A stretch of DNA of 40,192 nucleotides from Octopus bimaculoides (GCF_001194135.2 NC_068987.1:74527650-74567841), one strand, 5' to 3'; positions 1 to 11,870 are shown, counted from the first letter of the stretch. A program made the numbers and translations. The notes: generated by a model from the sequence alone, not told the origin.

Positions 1-97
1 ATATATATATATGTAAGTGTGTGTGTGTATGTATGTATGTATGTATGTGTATATATACTGTTGTGTATATACCACCACCACCACCACCACCACCACG

Positions 98-1130
98 TTC
101 TCGAATGTTTTACAAAGGCAAATTCTTGACGTCAATAAACTTATGCATCACTCTTTTCAAATCATATCACGGATTCAGATCACACTACTCATAAACCTTC
201 ACAGAAAATATGTCTTCAACATCAAAAAACCTTTCATACACGCACTACACTAACTACTGTCGACACCAGCAAAAAGCTTTCGATTTCATTTCCTGACATC
301 TGCACATCAAACAGAAAAAAACCCCGTTAACTTAACAAAACGTTGGTTCGCAAACGATCTGTCACGTTGACAAGTTTGTATGATGTATAGGAACAAAATA
401 TGAAAAAACCTGAAATTTCTTGAATGGAATACCACAGGGCTCTGTCCCCTAAACTATTCTCTTCAACCTACAATTTACACGACCAAATACGTCTCCAAAA
501 TATACAGACAGCTTCGTACGCAGATGATGTTATACTCATTTCCTCACTATTCTTCAAACACATCTGCATAACTACTCCGATCCCACATAAATCGCCCAGA
601 AATCTGGGCCCCACACCAACAGGCTTAAGCAGCACCTATAAAATCTAGTCTTTCATCTTACCAGCAACGCCAGAAGACATTAAATACCACCAGTCACCAC
701 ACTCAACAACATAACCATACCGCAAGCACAGAGAAGAAAAAACACTGAAATTACACACAAGTAATTCTTTCACAATATTTGTAAGAAATAAAAGACAGCA
801 AAGAAACTAAAACGATACACAGACATATTTTAAGCAACCACAAATACCGCATTAGGTCAACAGAAATAACAATACTGCACAAACAATACATTAAATCCAT
901 CTAGTGTAAGTTTACGCGGAACCCTAATCTCTCTGCAAGCCGCAAAAATTACAAACATCATAAAGCTGTGTACTGCGCATCTTGAAAACACCCACAGACC
1001 ACCTATATTACAAGACAAATGATATTAAAAGTAAAAGACTGCTTGGATATATGAGAAGCACAGTTTGTTGCTGCAGTAAGCTTCATTCCCTTATAGTCCA
1101 TGTCACTACATAAAGAGAAAAAAAGCAACA
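98..1130 (+). mobile_element. Decayed non-LTR retrotransposon reverse transcriptase fragment (Jockey/I-like LINE)
   Basis: RT motifs occur in order across frameshifts: HGFRSHYS (168-191), QKAFDFI (270-290), NGIPQGSVP (423-449), YADD (517-528), then a TILHKQYIKSI-like post-RT segment near 870-900. Boundaries are approximate and the clade is tentative. Confidence 0.8.
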
Positions 1131-1741
1131 AAACTTCTAAACATCCAAACATATATATATACCACTCTCTACGGCACTACCACACACCATTCTACCAATA
1201 CTATCTCTTCCGCTCTCTTCAGAAAAAGTTAAGTAACACACAGATACGAAAATAACTGCAACATAAAAGGCAGAAAATACTGCAATAGAACGCCCACTAT
1301 TGACGATAGCTGTTTGGGGCAACAACTGTCGTGCTTTAAGTTTATTTTGTTCGCCTCCGTTATTATCGCCATCGTAATTTATGGACATACAGAAATAGAT
1401 CGGAGAGCGGAGGTAGCACAATATATCCAGACCGTCCATTTCGTACGACCATGCGATTCATTATTATATGTCGGAACTTGGAAGAAAGCTGGAAAAAAAT
1501 ATAACATAACTGAGAAAATGGATCTCTGGGTTCCGCGTCGTCGTTCGGCCGACTTCCACCATCCTTTAGGACTATTCAGTCATGGCTGACCTTAGAGATT
1601 ACTCAACAACAACAACGCCATGACGATGAATCAGAGAGGCGCTACGTTGTCGTTTGATTTGTTAGAAATAGCAGTAAAATCGTCCTCTCAGATGACACTA
1701 TTAAAGGAAGGAAAGAACACGTTGAAGAATGTAAATCTTGA

Positions 1742-1800
1742 ATGGTCATGACTGAAACATCTTTGACACTAGGCTTGCTCCTGGTTGGCCTGGGGTTACA
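1742..1800 (-). repeat. Short interspersed repeat, family E (5' module)
   Basis: The reverse complement tgtaaccccaggccaacc...gtcaaagatgtttcagtcatgaccattc resembles copies at 15520-15575, 17365-17410 and 17870-17930. Confidence 0.55.
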
Positions 1801-2061
1801 CTACACATCATCACTACTATCATTACTATCAGCAGTACCACCACCACCACCACCACCACCACCGCCACCACTACCATCACCACCATCACCACCTCCACCA
1901 CCACATCGCCGCCACCATCATAACCAACGTCAACAAAAACAAGGTGCCATTTATCTTAATCTGACAGTCTGTAAGAGATATTTAAAGCAAATATTTTTCC
2001 CTTCCCGCTCTCTCACACTTGCAAATACAAACGCACAAATATACACTATTACAAGCCAACA

Positions 2062-2114
<53 letters not shown>

Positions 2115-2620
2115 ACATACATACATATATATGTATGTGAATATAATTGTATATGTATATATATATACACACACACACACATTCACGCATATTTATATAT
2201 TTGTGTATCTATACATACACACACACACGGATATGTGTATTTATGTCTACAACATACAGGAAAGCAGAAGCACATACACAAACTCAGTCAAAGCCCTTTT
2301 AAAAAATCCTAACAGTATTGATATAAGAAATCCTGTGACACGAAGTTGATTTTGTTGTTGTTATTGTTATTGTGCATGAATGTCCCCCACGCAATACGAA
2401 AAGTGATATTCACTAACATTTTCACTGACATTCGTTTGTTATTCACCCGGCGACTACCAAATATCAGACTTCTCACTATTTTCCAGTTTTAATCAATTCA
2501 AATCCTTGAGTTATTTCCCCTATCTTTTTGGACCAAAATTTATCGTTTAGCTACGTGATTATATGATTACTTTCTTTACACCACAGATGGTTTTCTAATT
2601 TAAATATAAGGGGGATAATC

Positions 2621-2750
2621 GGCAGAGTCGCTAGAGCGTCGGATAGAACACCCTTGCGTTAGATGTTCCGACTTTGTGCGCTTAGTTCGAGTCCTGCTGA
2701 GGTTAGCTTCGCTATTTATTCTTCCGAGTCGATTAAATTAAAGGACCAGT
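2621..2750 (+). mobile_element. Old, diverged copy of SINE family A
   Basis: ggcagagtcgctagagcgtcgg...gttcgagtcctgctgaggttagcttcgc...gtcgattaaattaaaggaccag is collinear with the cleaner copies at 16033 and 28807. Confidence 0.6.
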
Positions 2751-3162
2751 CCAAAGCGGTGGACTGGTGGAAGTTTAAGAGTGCCGAATAGTATATTTCA
2801 CAACGGTTTTGTGTTTCTGCGTTTTGATGATGTCAACCCGTACCAGCTGTGTCTTTCTTGTGGAAAACATAGGTGGCGTGAAGAGAGAAGAATTGCATGC
2901 ATGGGCTACAACTGGGCCTCTATATAAACATCTTGCCCAATTTTGCCCCGGTCTGAGACGAGACTTGGAGAGGGACTTTTCGGGTGCAGTTACTCAGAAA
3001 AGCAATTATCATTAAACACGTTAGCGTCAATTATATTATTTCCTTGCTGAAATTTAAAATTAGTCGTAGTACATTTAAACCTAAGTGAAAACCGGTACGC
3101 GGCAAGAAGGAATCAAAAACGAAAGCAAAGCACAAAGCAATTTTACATTCTCCTTTTTCTTT

Positions 3163-3194
<32 letters not shown>

Positions 3195-3350
3195 TTTGGC
3201 TTTCTCTGTAACAAATCCTGACGTATTTCGATCTCAATACAATATGTATGTGTGTGTGTGTGTGTGTGTGTNNNNNNNNNNNNNNNNNNNNNNNNNNNNN
3301 NNNNNNNNNNNNNNNNNNNNNNNNNNNNNNNNNNNNNNNNNGGGGGGGGT

Positions 3351-3610
3351 ATTGACCAGACATCTGGTGCCATACTTCGGTGGTCACAATGCAATTCGCA
3401 TCGTTTCAGCTTTCAAATGATGCCACCCCGCTGACAAAGATAGCAGGTCAACATATCCTCCAGATTGGGAGGCCAGTCTGTCGCAGCTGAGTGAACTGGA
3501 GCAACGTGAAGTGTTTTGCTCAAGAACACGACGCGCAATAGGTCCGAGAATTGAAACACAATCTCACGATCGTGAGTGCAACACCATAACCACTAAGCCA
3601 CGCGCCTTCA
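3351..3610 (-). mobile_element. tRNA-derived SINE, family B head with its own 3' body
   Basis: The minus strand starts gtgaaggcgcgtggcttagtggtt (A box) ... gtttcaattc (B-box-like), followed by the shared core ttgagcaaaacacttcacgttgctccagttcactcagctg. Confidence 0.8.
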
Positions 3611-4124
3611 CACACACACACACACACGCGTGTATGTATGGTTGTATAGTTGTATTGTTGTATGGTTGTATGTATGCATGCATGTATGTAAAATATGGAT
3701 TCAGAGAATCGTATGGCTATCGCAGAAAGCTCCTCTAACGGACTCGGCTAACACTACACATAGTAATCCTCTACAATGAAGTGTAATGTAGAGTGACCAT
3801 GTGGCTGAAATCTAAACGAGTAGTACATAAACCATAAAAAATCAGGACGTATGAGAATATATTTAACGACTTGTCATCCTTAGGGTTACGGCCGTTTCAC
3901 AACCTTCATCATGTAGTAATAATTTCAGTGTTGAAGAAATTTTGCTTGAAAGTTTGCACTAATATGCATGCACAGTATTATACAATACAATTGTATATGC
4001 ACACTGACTATTCTCCTGGTTCATAAAAAAGTTTAATTATATAATTAATTATTTTGATTTATAAGATAGACATAGCGCCAAAACTTTTTAAGGAGCGTAT
4101 TTTTATAGATTAGATTAAAAGGGT

Positions 4125-4445
4125 AAAGGCACCCTTCGGTCATGAACGACCATGGGATTGCACCAGAAATTTCCCCTCCGATGCACAAGTCCGGGCAAAG
4201 ACCTGCAGTCGCCATGCATAACAGCCTCCCTTCTCCACGCCACCGATGTTATCCAACGGAAAAGCAAGGCCGATACAGCTTGGTACCAGTGACGTCATAA
4301 CTCATTTCTACAGTTGAGTGAACAGGAGCAATGTGAAATAAAGTATCTTGCTCAAGAAAACAACACACAGCCCAGTCTGGGAATCGAACTCACTACCTCA
4401 TAATTGTGAGCCCATCACTCTAACCACTGAGCCATGCACCTTCAC
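4125..4445 (-). mobile_element. tRNA-derived SINE, family B head with a second type of 3' body
   Basis: Minus strand gtgaaggtgcatggctcagtggttagag...gagttcgattcccagactgggc (A and B boxes), then the same ttgagcaag...ttcacattgctcc core. Confidence 0.8.
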
Positions 4446-4555
4446 TAGATCAATCCCAGTAGTTACCTGGTGCATATTTTATCGACCCTGTAAAGATGAA
4501 AACTCAAGTTAATCACAGCGATTCTGCTACATCATTGTGCTCTCATATAAATATA

Positions 4556-4743
4556 TTGGTTTCAAATTTTAGCACAACGCCAGCAATATCGACCCCCAGA
4601 GCTTGACAGGTAGTTATTTTATCAACACCGAAAGGATGAAGCAAAGTGGACCTTTTGGTGGAATTTGAACTCAGAACATAAAGACAGACGAAATGCCTTT
4701 AAGTATTTTTTTCCGGTGTGCTAACGTTTCTGCCAGCTTGCCA
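4556..4743 (-). mobile_element. SINE family A copy
   Basis: Contains gaaaggatgaagcaaagtggacc...gaatttgaactcagaac...gctaacgtttctgccagcttgcc and is collinear with 4782-4992. Confidence 0.85.
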
Positions 4744-4781
4744 TCTTATATCAATAAATTATATTTGATAATAGACAAATA

Positions 4782-4992
4782 TTCTTTTCTACTCTAGGTA
4801 CAAGGCCCGAAATTTTGGAGGAGGGGCCAGTCGATTAACTCGATCTCAGTACACAACTGGTACTTAATTTATCGACCCTGAAAGGATGAAAGGCAAAGTC
4901 GACCTCGGCGGAATTTTAACTCAGAAAATAAAGACAGATGAAATACCGCTAAGCATTTCGCCCGGCTTGCTAACGTTTCTGCCACTTGCCAC
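4782..4992 (-). mobile_element. Near full-length SINE family A copy flanked by a 26/27-bp direct repeat
   Basis: Full body from ttcttttctactctagg to gctaacgtttctgccacttgcc. The flanks taaattatatt(t)gataatagacaaata are at 4755-4781 and 5000-5025. Confidence 0.9.
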
Positions 4993-5066
4993 GTTGTATT
5001 AAATTATATTGATAATAGACAAATACTGGCAGTGAGTTTGGTATTGATAGTGTTATTGGCAGTAGT

Positions 5067-5458
5067 TGTGGAGGCGCAATGGCCCAGTGGTTAGGGCAGC
5101 GGACTCACGGTCGTAGGATCGCGGTTTCGACTCCCAGACCGGGCGTTGTGAGTGTTTTTTGAGCGAAAACACCTAAAGCTCCACGAGGCTCCGACAGGGG
5201 ATGGTGACGAACCCTGCTGTACTCTTCCACCACAACTTTCTCTCACTCTTACTTCCTGTTTCTGTTGTGCCTGTAATTCAAAGGGTCAGCCTTGTCACAC
5301 TGTGTCACGCTGAATATCCCCGAGAACTACGTTAAGGGTACACGTGTCTGTGGAGTGCTCAGCCACCTGTACGTTAATTTCACGAGCAAGCTGTTCCGTT
5401 GATCGGATCAACTGGAACCCTCGACGTTGTAAGCGACGGAGTGCCAACAACACCAATA
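5067..5458 (+). mobile_element. Full-length tRNA-derived SINE (family B-related head) with a 12-bp target-site duplication
   Basis: A box tggcccagtgg, B-box-like gtttcgactcc and a caacaaca-type tail. The perfect direct repeat attggcagtagt is at 5055-5066 and 5459-5470. Confidence 0.9.
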
Positions 5459-5469
5459 ATTGGCAGTAG

Positions 5470-6800
5470 TGAGAAGCGGTGTTGATAACACATCTGTAGC
5501 GTTGTTGCTATTGATAGTAGTGTTGGTTGGAGTAGTGTTGTTGATAGTGGTGTTGGTAGTAGTTCTGGTAGTGGTTGTGGTGTCAGTAGGTGGTAAGTGG
5601 TGCTAGTGAGAAGTGGTATTGGACGTCAACATCTGATAACGGTGATACGAATAACTTCATATCATTCGTGGATGTTGGTGTACATTCTTGGTATTAAAGA
5701 TAGTCAAAGATTCAGAGATCAGATATTGGTGGAATTTGGTGAGAGACTTTACTCCACGTCCAAATTTCACAATCTACACCGCTACCATGTGACGTCACAA
5801 TCGCAGTTCCCATCACCAGTCCACTACCATGATCACCACCACCACCACCACCACCACCACCACCACCACAACAACAACAACAACAACCACGACGACCACC
5901 ACTACCACGACCACTCTCACACAATCACCACTGTTATCACTACTNNNNNNNNNNNNNNNNNNNNNNNNNNNNNNNNNNNNNNNNNNNNNNNNNNNNNNNN
6001 NNNNNNNNNNNNNNNNNNNNNNNNNNNNNNNNNNNNNNNNNNNNNNNNNNNNNNNNNNNNNNNNNNNNNNNNNNNNNNNNNNNNNNNNNNNNNNNNNNNN
6101 NNNNNNNNNNNNNNNNNNNNNNNNNNNNNNNNNNNNNNNNNNNNNNNNNNNNNNNNNNNNNNNNNNNNNNNNNNNNNNNNNNNNNNNNNNNNNNNNNNNN
6201 NNNNNNNNNNNNNNNNNNNNNNNNNNNNNNNNNNNNNNNNNNNNNNNNNNNNNNNNNNNNNNNNNNNNNNNNNNNNNNNNNNNNNNNNNNNNNNNNNNNN
6301 NNNNNNNNNNNNNNNNNNNNNNNNNNNNNNNNNNNNNNNNNNNNNNNNNNNNNNNNNNNNNNNNNNNNNNNNNNNNNNNNNNNNNNNNNNNNNNNNNNNN
6401 NCGATTAGCGGTCAAAAAACAATAGTCAGGCTAATATCGTTAGTAGTAATCTGAAGGCGCCCTCCAACCCAACCTAACCCACCCCGAAATACCACCACCA
6501 CCATCTCTACCACTACCTCTACCACTATCACCACCATCACAACCAAACATCACCATTACTATCATATCAATACCCACTACCACCGCCACCACCACCGCCA
6601 CCACCACCACCAAACATCACCACTACCACCAAACATCACCACTACCACCATCACCAGATACTACCGTTACTGTCATATTAACCCACCACCACCACCACCA
6701 CCACTACAGACACTAGCATTACTATCATGTCAACCCCTACCAACTCGACCACCAACACCTCCTCATGGCGACCACCACTACCAGCCAACCGCCACGCCTG
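5470..6800. repeat. Low-complexity trinucleotide region: (GGT/GTA)n, then (CAC/AAC/CTA)n, interrupted by gap 5945-6401
   Basis: Directly visible; includes an 18-bp tandem unit near 6605-6650. Confidence 0.9.
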
Positions 6801-7424
6801 GGAAAAGTGATTGTAAGTAAATCAGATCTCCAAGATTACCAGAACATTCCATATGGTGCCATTGAGAAGAAAAGTTGCTCAATGCACAGAGACTTCCACC
6901 ACGTTTTTGTAATATGACCTGTGTTTTGTCTAGAACATTGCCACCAAACCTAAATAAGCTCTCTCCCTCTCTCTCTCTCTCTTTTTCTCAACCTTTCTCA
7001 TTCGCTCTCTTATTCTCCCCCTCTCTCTCTTACTCTCTCTCTCTCTCTTTCCTTCTCTTTTTCTGTCTCTGTTATAAACTCAAACACAATCACACACGAG
7101 CATTCGTATTCCCAACATTTATTTACATATGTGTATATCCACGTATAATATGTGTATATATGTGCAAATAATGTGTATATGTGTATGTATGTGAATACAC
7201 ACACACACACACGTACGTACGTACAAGTGTGTGAATTTGTCCGTGCATGTGTGCGTATGTGTATATGTATGTTCGTGAATTTATGCGTATGAGTATTTTT
7301 GTATATGAATGCGTGTGTGTTGTATATGTGTGTGTTTGTGTGTGTCTGTGGCTGTGGCTATGTTTGTGTGTAAAGACAAGTTCATAAATGCGTTAAAATA
7401 CACATGTATATCATAGATCTATTT

Positions 7425-7500
7425 TTTAAAGACGCTAGATTTTGATTTGATAGGTATTTGGCTGCTATTTCTAGCATTTCGAGCAACCGCATACAGATTC
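7425..7500 (+). repeat. Short interspersed repeat, family E (3' module)
   Basis: ttttaaagacg...gatttgataggtatttggctgctatttctagca; related strings occur at 8130-8160, 11973-12015, 15590-15625 and 17468-17525. Confidence 0.6.
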
Positions 7501-7792
7501 CATAGTTGTTCTTAGCCACCAGATCAGCATTTAGGGTGTTACATTTAATATATCACCTAGTTAGACCCCAGCTGTTGGTCTTTCGGTTCCTTAAACGAAA
7601 TTCATGTTGTTACAAGCATATTTTTCTCAACTCCGAGACACCCTCTATGTCCATGTACTTTATGCAGGCATTCTTAACTTGTGAATATTCAAGTTGTGTT
7701 TCAGATGCAAAAATCTTATTCTTATCTGATTATGAGGATTTACAAAGCCCGCGGTCACCACCTCTCTTGCCTTGGCTAACTATTAAAAAAAT

Positions 7793-8110
7793 GGCTGTGT
7801 GGTTAAGAAGCGCGCTTTGCAACCAAGTGAATTCGTGTTCAATCCCACTGCCCGGCATTTTGGGCAAGTGTCTTCTACAATAGTTCCAGATTGAGCAATG
7901 CTCTGTGAATAAATTCGGGCGACGGAAATTGTGTGGAAGCAGTCATATGCATGGTGTTTGCTGGTGTTTGTCTTTGCACCCCATCACTCACAAAAAAAAA
8001 TAATAAATAATAATAATAATAATAAAAAACCTCCTTTGACAACTGGTATTCATTTTCTTTTTAATGTTCCCGTATCAAGCGGTTCGGCAAAAGAGACTGA
8101 TAGGATAAGA
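7793..8110 (+). mobile_element. Composite SINE (head C + simple-repeat linker + partial tail D)
   Basis: Head ggctgtgtggttaagaag...ttgggcaagtgtcttctac, linker with (AAT)n, tail gcggttcggcaaaagagactgatag. Confidence 0.75.
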
Positions 8111-8605
8111 TTCGGTCGGCGTTATGTGAAGGAGATTCAGCTGTTATTTCTAGCAGGCTGTGCGATCTGATTGTGTTATAATTCTTTCGTTTCAAAGCTG
8201 TGTGTTACAAAAATCAAGGACAGGTTAATACTGTTAGTTGTTTGGATGTGGAAGACAACCAGTGTGATGTCTCTGGAGAAGAACTCTGGAAGATTGAAGA
8301 TAAAGGATGCATCAAACAACACCCAGGAAATAGAATTTACAAGCAATTTACGTTGCCAGTGACAAAAAGATTTTGCTTTGCTATGATTCAACTACCGCAT
8401 CACGACTGCAGATGCCATTTTTATACTTACATACTGGGGAGAAGGAACTGCATGTAGTGATTAATGTGGGGGAATAGGGTGGTGGGCGCAGTATAAGTAA
8501 TAATAGAGGAGACGAGTGAATCGGCGGAACCTAAGTGAATGCGACACGAAACCAGTCAGCTCTTAGGAACAGTGTCCACCACAGAAGTGATGGAAAAGAC
8601 AGAGA

Positions 8606-9838
8606 GAGTAAAAAGTAAGCAACGTTTTGAAACATGAAATTCATCACAATATATTTCAACAATGCAGAAATTTTATTCATCAAAGTAAGTACCATTACAA
8701 TCAACACATTTTTGCCAACGAGTTACAAGTTTGTTTATTCCGGTAACATAAAAATCTGAAGTTCTGAAGCTGATGAATTCTTTGAAGGCACTTTCAGCAT
8801 CGGTTTGATTTTTGAACTCCTCCTCTTACAGGAAGTAATCAAGGTGCTTGAGAAAGTGGTAGTCGGTAGAAGAAAGGTCTGGAGAATAAGCTGGTTAGGG
8901 AAGAACTTTGTTGCCAAGTTCCCTCAACTTCCGGAGCGTCATTAGTGAAACGCGTGGTCGAGCATTGTCATGAAGAATGATTGGACAGAGAAGTAGCAAT
9001 TTTTCATTCATGTTGGCAATTTCATGGTAATATGTTTCTGCCGTAATGGTTTTTCCGTGTTTTAAGAAGTTATAGCGAATGAGTCCAGCAGTACACCACC
9101 AAACAGTCACCATAACCTTCTTTTTGAAGAACGCGGGTTTTGGGAAGGTTTTCAGTGCTTCATTTTGGTCCAACAACTGCAAAGAACGTTTTTTTATTAT
9201 TGGACATCGCAAGTTACCATACAGCCGAGAAATAGATCGGTCTGGTTACGGAGAAGAAGCGACGAGCAAATTTCATATCTGCGCATTTTCTGATTTTCAT
9301 TCAATAGTGTGGTACCCATTTGTCGAGCTTTTTGATTTTCCGATCGCATGCAAGTGGTTACAGGCAGTTTTCTGGCTAACTTTTGCTAGTTCTCGGGTGG
9401 TTTTACATGGATCTTTTTCAATGACGGTCTTTAATTGACCGTCATCGATGACAGATGGGCGTCAACTACGCTCACGACCTTCAAGGCTCAGATTTCCACT
9501 GCGAAATCCTTTAAACCATTTTCCAGCTGACCACTCACTGCTTATTTCCTCACCAAACGTTTCGTTCATATCGCGAGCAGTTTCAGCTGCTTTACGTCTT
9601 TTTTTGAAGTTGAATAACGAAATTGCTTGAATATCGCGCTTTGACAGTTCCATTTCAGATGATTGTAACAACGGTGAAAAAGATATCAATGTTAATATAT
9701 TGATGCATTTGGGCATGTCTATGTCTGTATTATCAGACAATTGTAGAGAAGTGTTTTTAAAAAATTCAAAACTCTGCAAAAATCCGGTAAAAATTCTTCA
9801 TGGTTCAAATCGTTGCTTACGTTTTACTCAACCTAATA
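8606..9838 (-). mobile_element. Mariner (DD34D) DNA transposon, decayed
   Basis: Inverted repeats at 8606-8638 and 9797-9829 match at 30/33. The right end finishes caacctaa+TA (9837-9838); the outermost ~7 bp of the left TIR are missing. Confidence 0.9.
8673..9653 (-). pseudogene. Mariner transposase pseudogene
   Basis: MELSKRDI...WVPH...VTCD...VMVTVWW...LHDNARP...YSPDLSSTDYHF...RWQKCV. There are 34 codons between the second and third D, with several stops, frameshifts and small deletions. Confidence 0.92.
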
Positions 9839-10100
9839 GTATGTCTGTGGACTAGAGGCTGGAGTGTGTTTGTGAACCACTTCATAACAATCAGTCAGAA
9901 TCACTTCATCAGTTGGATGTGGTTGAGAATGTTGATGAGTGTAGCATCAGCTCTTTCTCGAATGCAGGAGCTGTAGGAAGCTCTGCATTTTTTTTATTGA
10001 AGCTGTTCTGACCTTTACAAAAGTTCTTTCATACTGTTTCTTTTGCTTGGAATTTACGGTTTTGAAATCATTTAACGCTTGCGTTCATCTGCATTTTGTT

Positions 10101-10348
10101 CTTTTATCTTTTATCTTTTACTTGTTTCAGTCATTTGACTGCGGCCATGCTGGGGCACCGCCTTGAATTTTTAGTCGAATAAATCGACCCCAGGACTTAT
10201 ATTTTAAGCCTAGTACTTATTCTGTCGGTCTCTTTTGCCGAACCGGCAATTTACAGGGACGTAAACACACCAACACTGGTTGTCAAGCGGTGATGGGGGG
10301 GACAAACACAGACACAAAGACACACACACTTAGATAAATATACATATA
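10101..10348 (-). mobile_element. Composite SINE, tail D plus linker (left part of an element split by the maT insertion)
   Basis: cttgtttcagtcatttgactgcggccatgctggggcaccgcc...cttttgccgaacc...ttgtcaagcggtgatggggggacaaacacagacac, then a (CA)/(TA) linker. Confidence 0.85.
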
Positions 10349-10350
10349 TA

Positions 10351-11612
10351 CCGGATGCGTAAGATATTTGAGGACAGATTTATGTTTATAAAAAAAACAT
10401 ATATAATAATGGATAATAACTTTATTTATCAAAAAAATGCCATGAGAATAAAAATAAACCTTCTTTTCTATAACGTTATTTAATAAAGCCACCTTCAGCT
10501 TCAACATCTGATTCTAAATGAGATCCAAATCCTCTACATGCTCGAATCAAGTGGTCTTGGTTGATTTTGTACATTGCTCTGACTATGGCAGCTTTCAAAG
10601 AATCTTTGGTGTTATGGGCGTGTTCATTGACCTCTCTCTAACAACGCTCCACATGTAATAGTCCAGTGGATTGAGATATGGGGATTAGAAGGCAAAATGT
10701 TAGGGGTTATGTGATAATGAAAATTTTCAGCCATCCATTTCTGTGTTACTAGATCCATCTGTGATAGTACAGAATCTTACTGAAGCACATATGGCTTTCC
10801 ATTGCATACACTGTCAATCCAGGGCTTAACAATTATTTGCAGGACCTCACTATAGGTGGCAGAGTTAACTCTAAGGCCTTGTGGAAAGAAGTAAGTAGGT
10901 ATCACATGTTCCTCATTGCTGACAACCCCTAAAACCATGACGGTTTCAGGAAATTTTGTTTGCATAACACTTGGAACTTCAGAAGGGTCTGCACATAACC
11001 ATCTGTCATTTCTTCTGTTAACTTTTTGATCTTGATCGAAGTTTTCCTCGTTTGAGAAAAACCAAATCAAATCTTTTTCTGCTGGATTTTTCAGTTTGTT
11101 TAAAAACCTTTTAGATCTGATGTAGTGATTTTCTTTTGCTTTTTCAGACAATTAACCTTTCCTCATCGTGTAAGACTTACAACTGATGTCTTCGTGGATA
11201 ACATTTCTAACTGTTCCTTCTGACAGATGGAGATCTTTTGCAATTGACTTCATGAACTTTCTGGGATTGTAATCAATGGTCTGTTGAACTTGCTGGATAA
11301 ATTCAGGTGTTCTGATGATTTCAGAGAATTTGGAATGATTTTTATGCTTTGATACTGGTGATACGTTTCCATCTTCTGTCTCTAGCTCCTTACAAACTTT
11401 GTAGATGAAAAATCTGGCAACTTTTAAAAATCGAAATATTTCTAAATCGCTATACTCAGCCTTTATAACCACGATAACAGCATGCCTCTTCATTTCTTGA
11501 GTTAATCTGAGGGTCTGCCATTATTATTTTCTGAAACAAAGATTATACAGAGTTAACAAAAATGCAGCAATGACCCAAAAAAGGTATGTCCACAAATACT
11601 TTACGCACCCTG
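10351..11612 (-). mobile_element. maT-type (DD37D) Tc1/mariner transposon
   Basis: 26-bp terminal inverted repeats at 10351-10376 and 11587-11612 match at 21/26. TA is present on the left (10349-10350); the right flank reads TGTA. Confidence 0.88.
10476..11493 (-). pseudogene. DD37D (maT) transposase pseudogene
   Basis: Track ORFs 11152-11493 and 10777-11151 continue through Q*DS...TQKWMAENF...N(S)PxLNPLDYYMWSV to GGFIK* at 10476. After repairing a 1-bp deletion, 37 residues separate the second and third D. The first catalytic D reads N (FSNE). Confidence 0.9.
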
Positions 11613-11710
11613 TGTACGTGTGTATATATNNNNNNNNNNNNNNNNNNNNNNNNNNNNNNNNNNNNNNNNNNNNNNNNNNNNNNNNNNNNNNNNNNNNNNN
11701 NNNNNNNNNN

Positions 11711-11870
11711 CACAAAACGTATTTCTTTCAGTTTCCGTCTACCAAATCCATTCACAAGGCTTAGGTCGGCCCGAGACTAACATAGAAGTCTCTTGTTCAA
11801 GGTGCCATGCAGTGGTACAGAACCATGTGGTCTGGAAGCAACCTTCTTACCACACAGCCACTCCTGCACC
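11711..11870 (-). mobile_element. Composite SINE, head C (right part of the element split by maT)
   Basis: ctttcagtttccgtctaccaaatccattcacaaggc...gaaccatgtggtctggaagcaaccttcttaccacacagcc. Confidence 0.85.

Noticed and set aside
1314-1589. 91-aa ORF with a signal-peptide-like hydrophobic N-terminus
   Set aside because: It starts at TTG, has no recognisable domain or splice support, and hydrophobic runs are expected in T-rich DNA.
5067-5150. tRNA-like sequence with A and B boxes
   Set aside because: It continues directly into a 300-bp SINE body with a tail and TSD, so it is a SINE head and not a tRNA gene.
5597-6454. 285-aa poly-His/Asn ORF, and the other long ORFs spanning N runs (14555-15577, 26771-27802, 31504-32542, 37114-38103)
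   Set aside because: The length comes from untranslated N codons and trinucleotide or dinucleotide repeats. Only the part of 26809-27978 after the gap is real coding relic (R4/Dong-like).
8200-8457. CLDV...C...LW pattern reminiscent of a ricin-B lectin repeat
   Set aside because: The spacing is too compressed, there is no good acceptor, and no second repeat.
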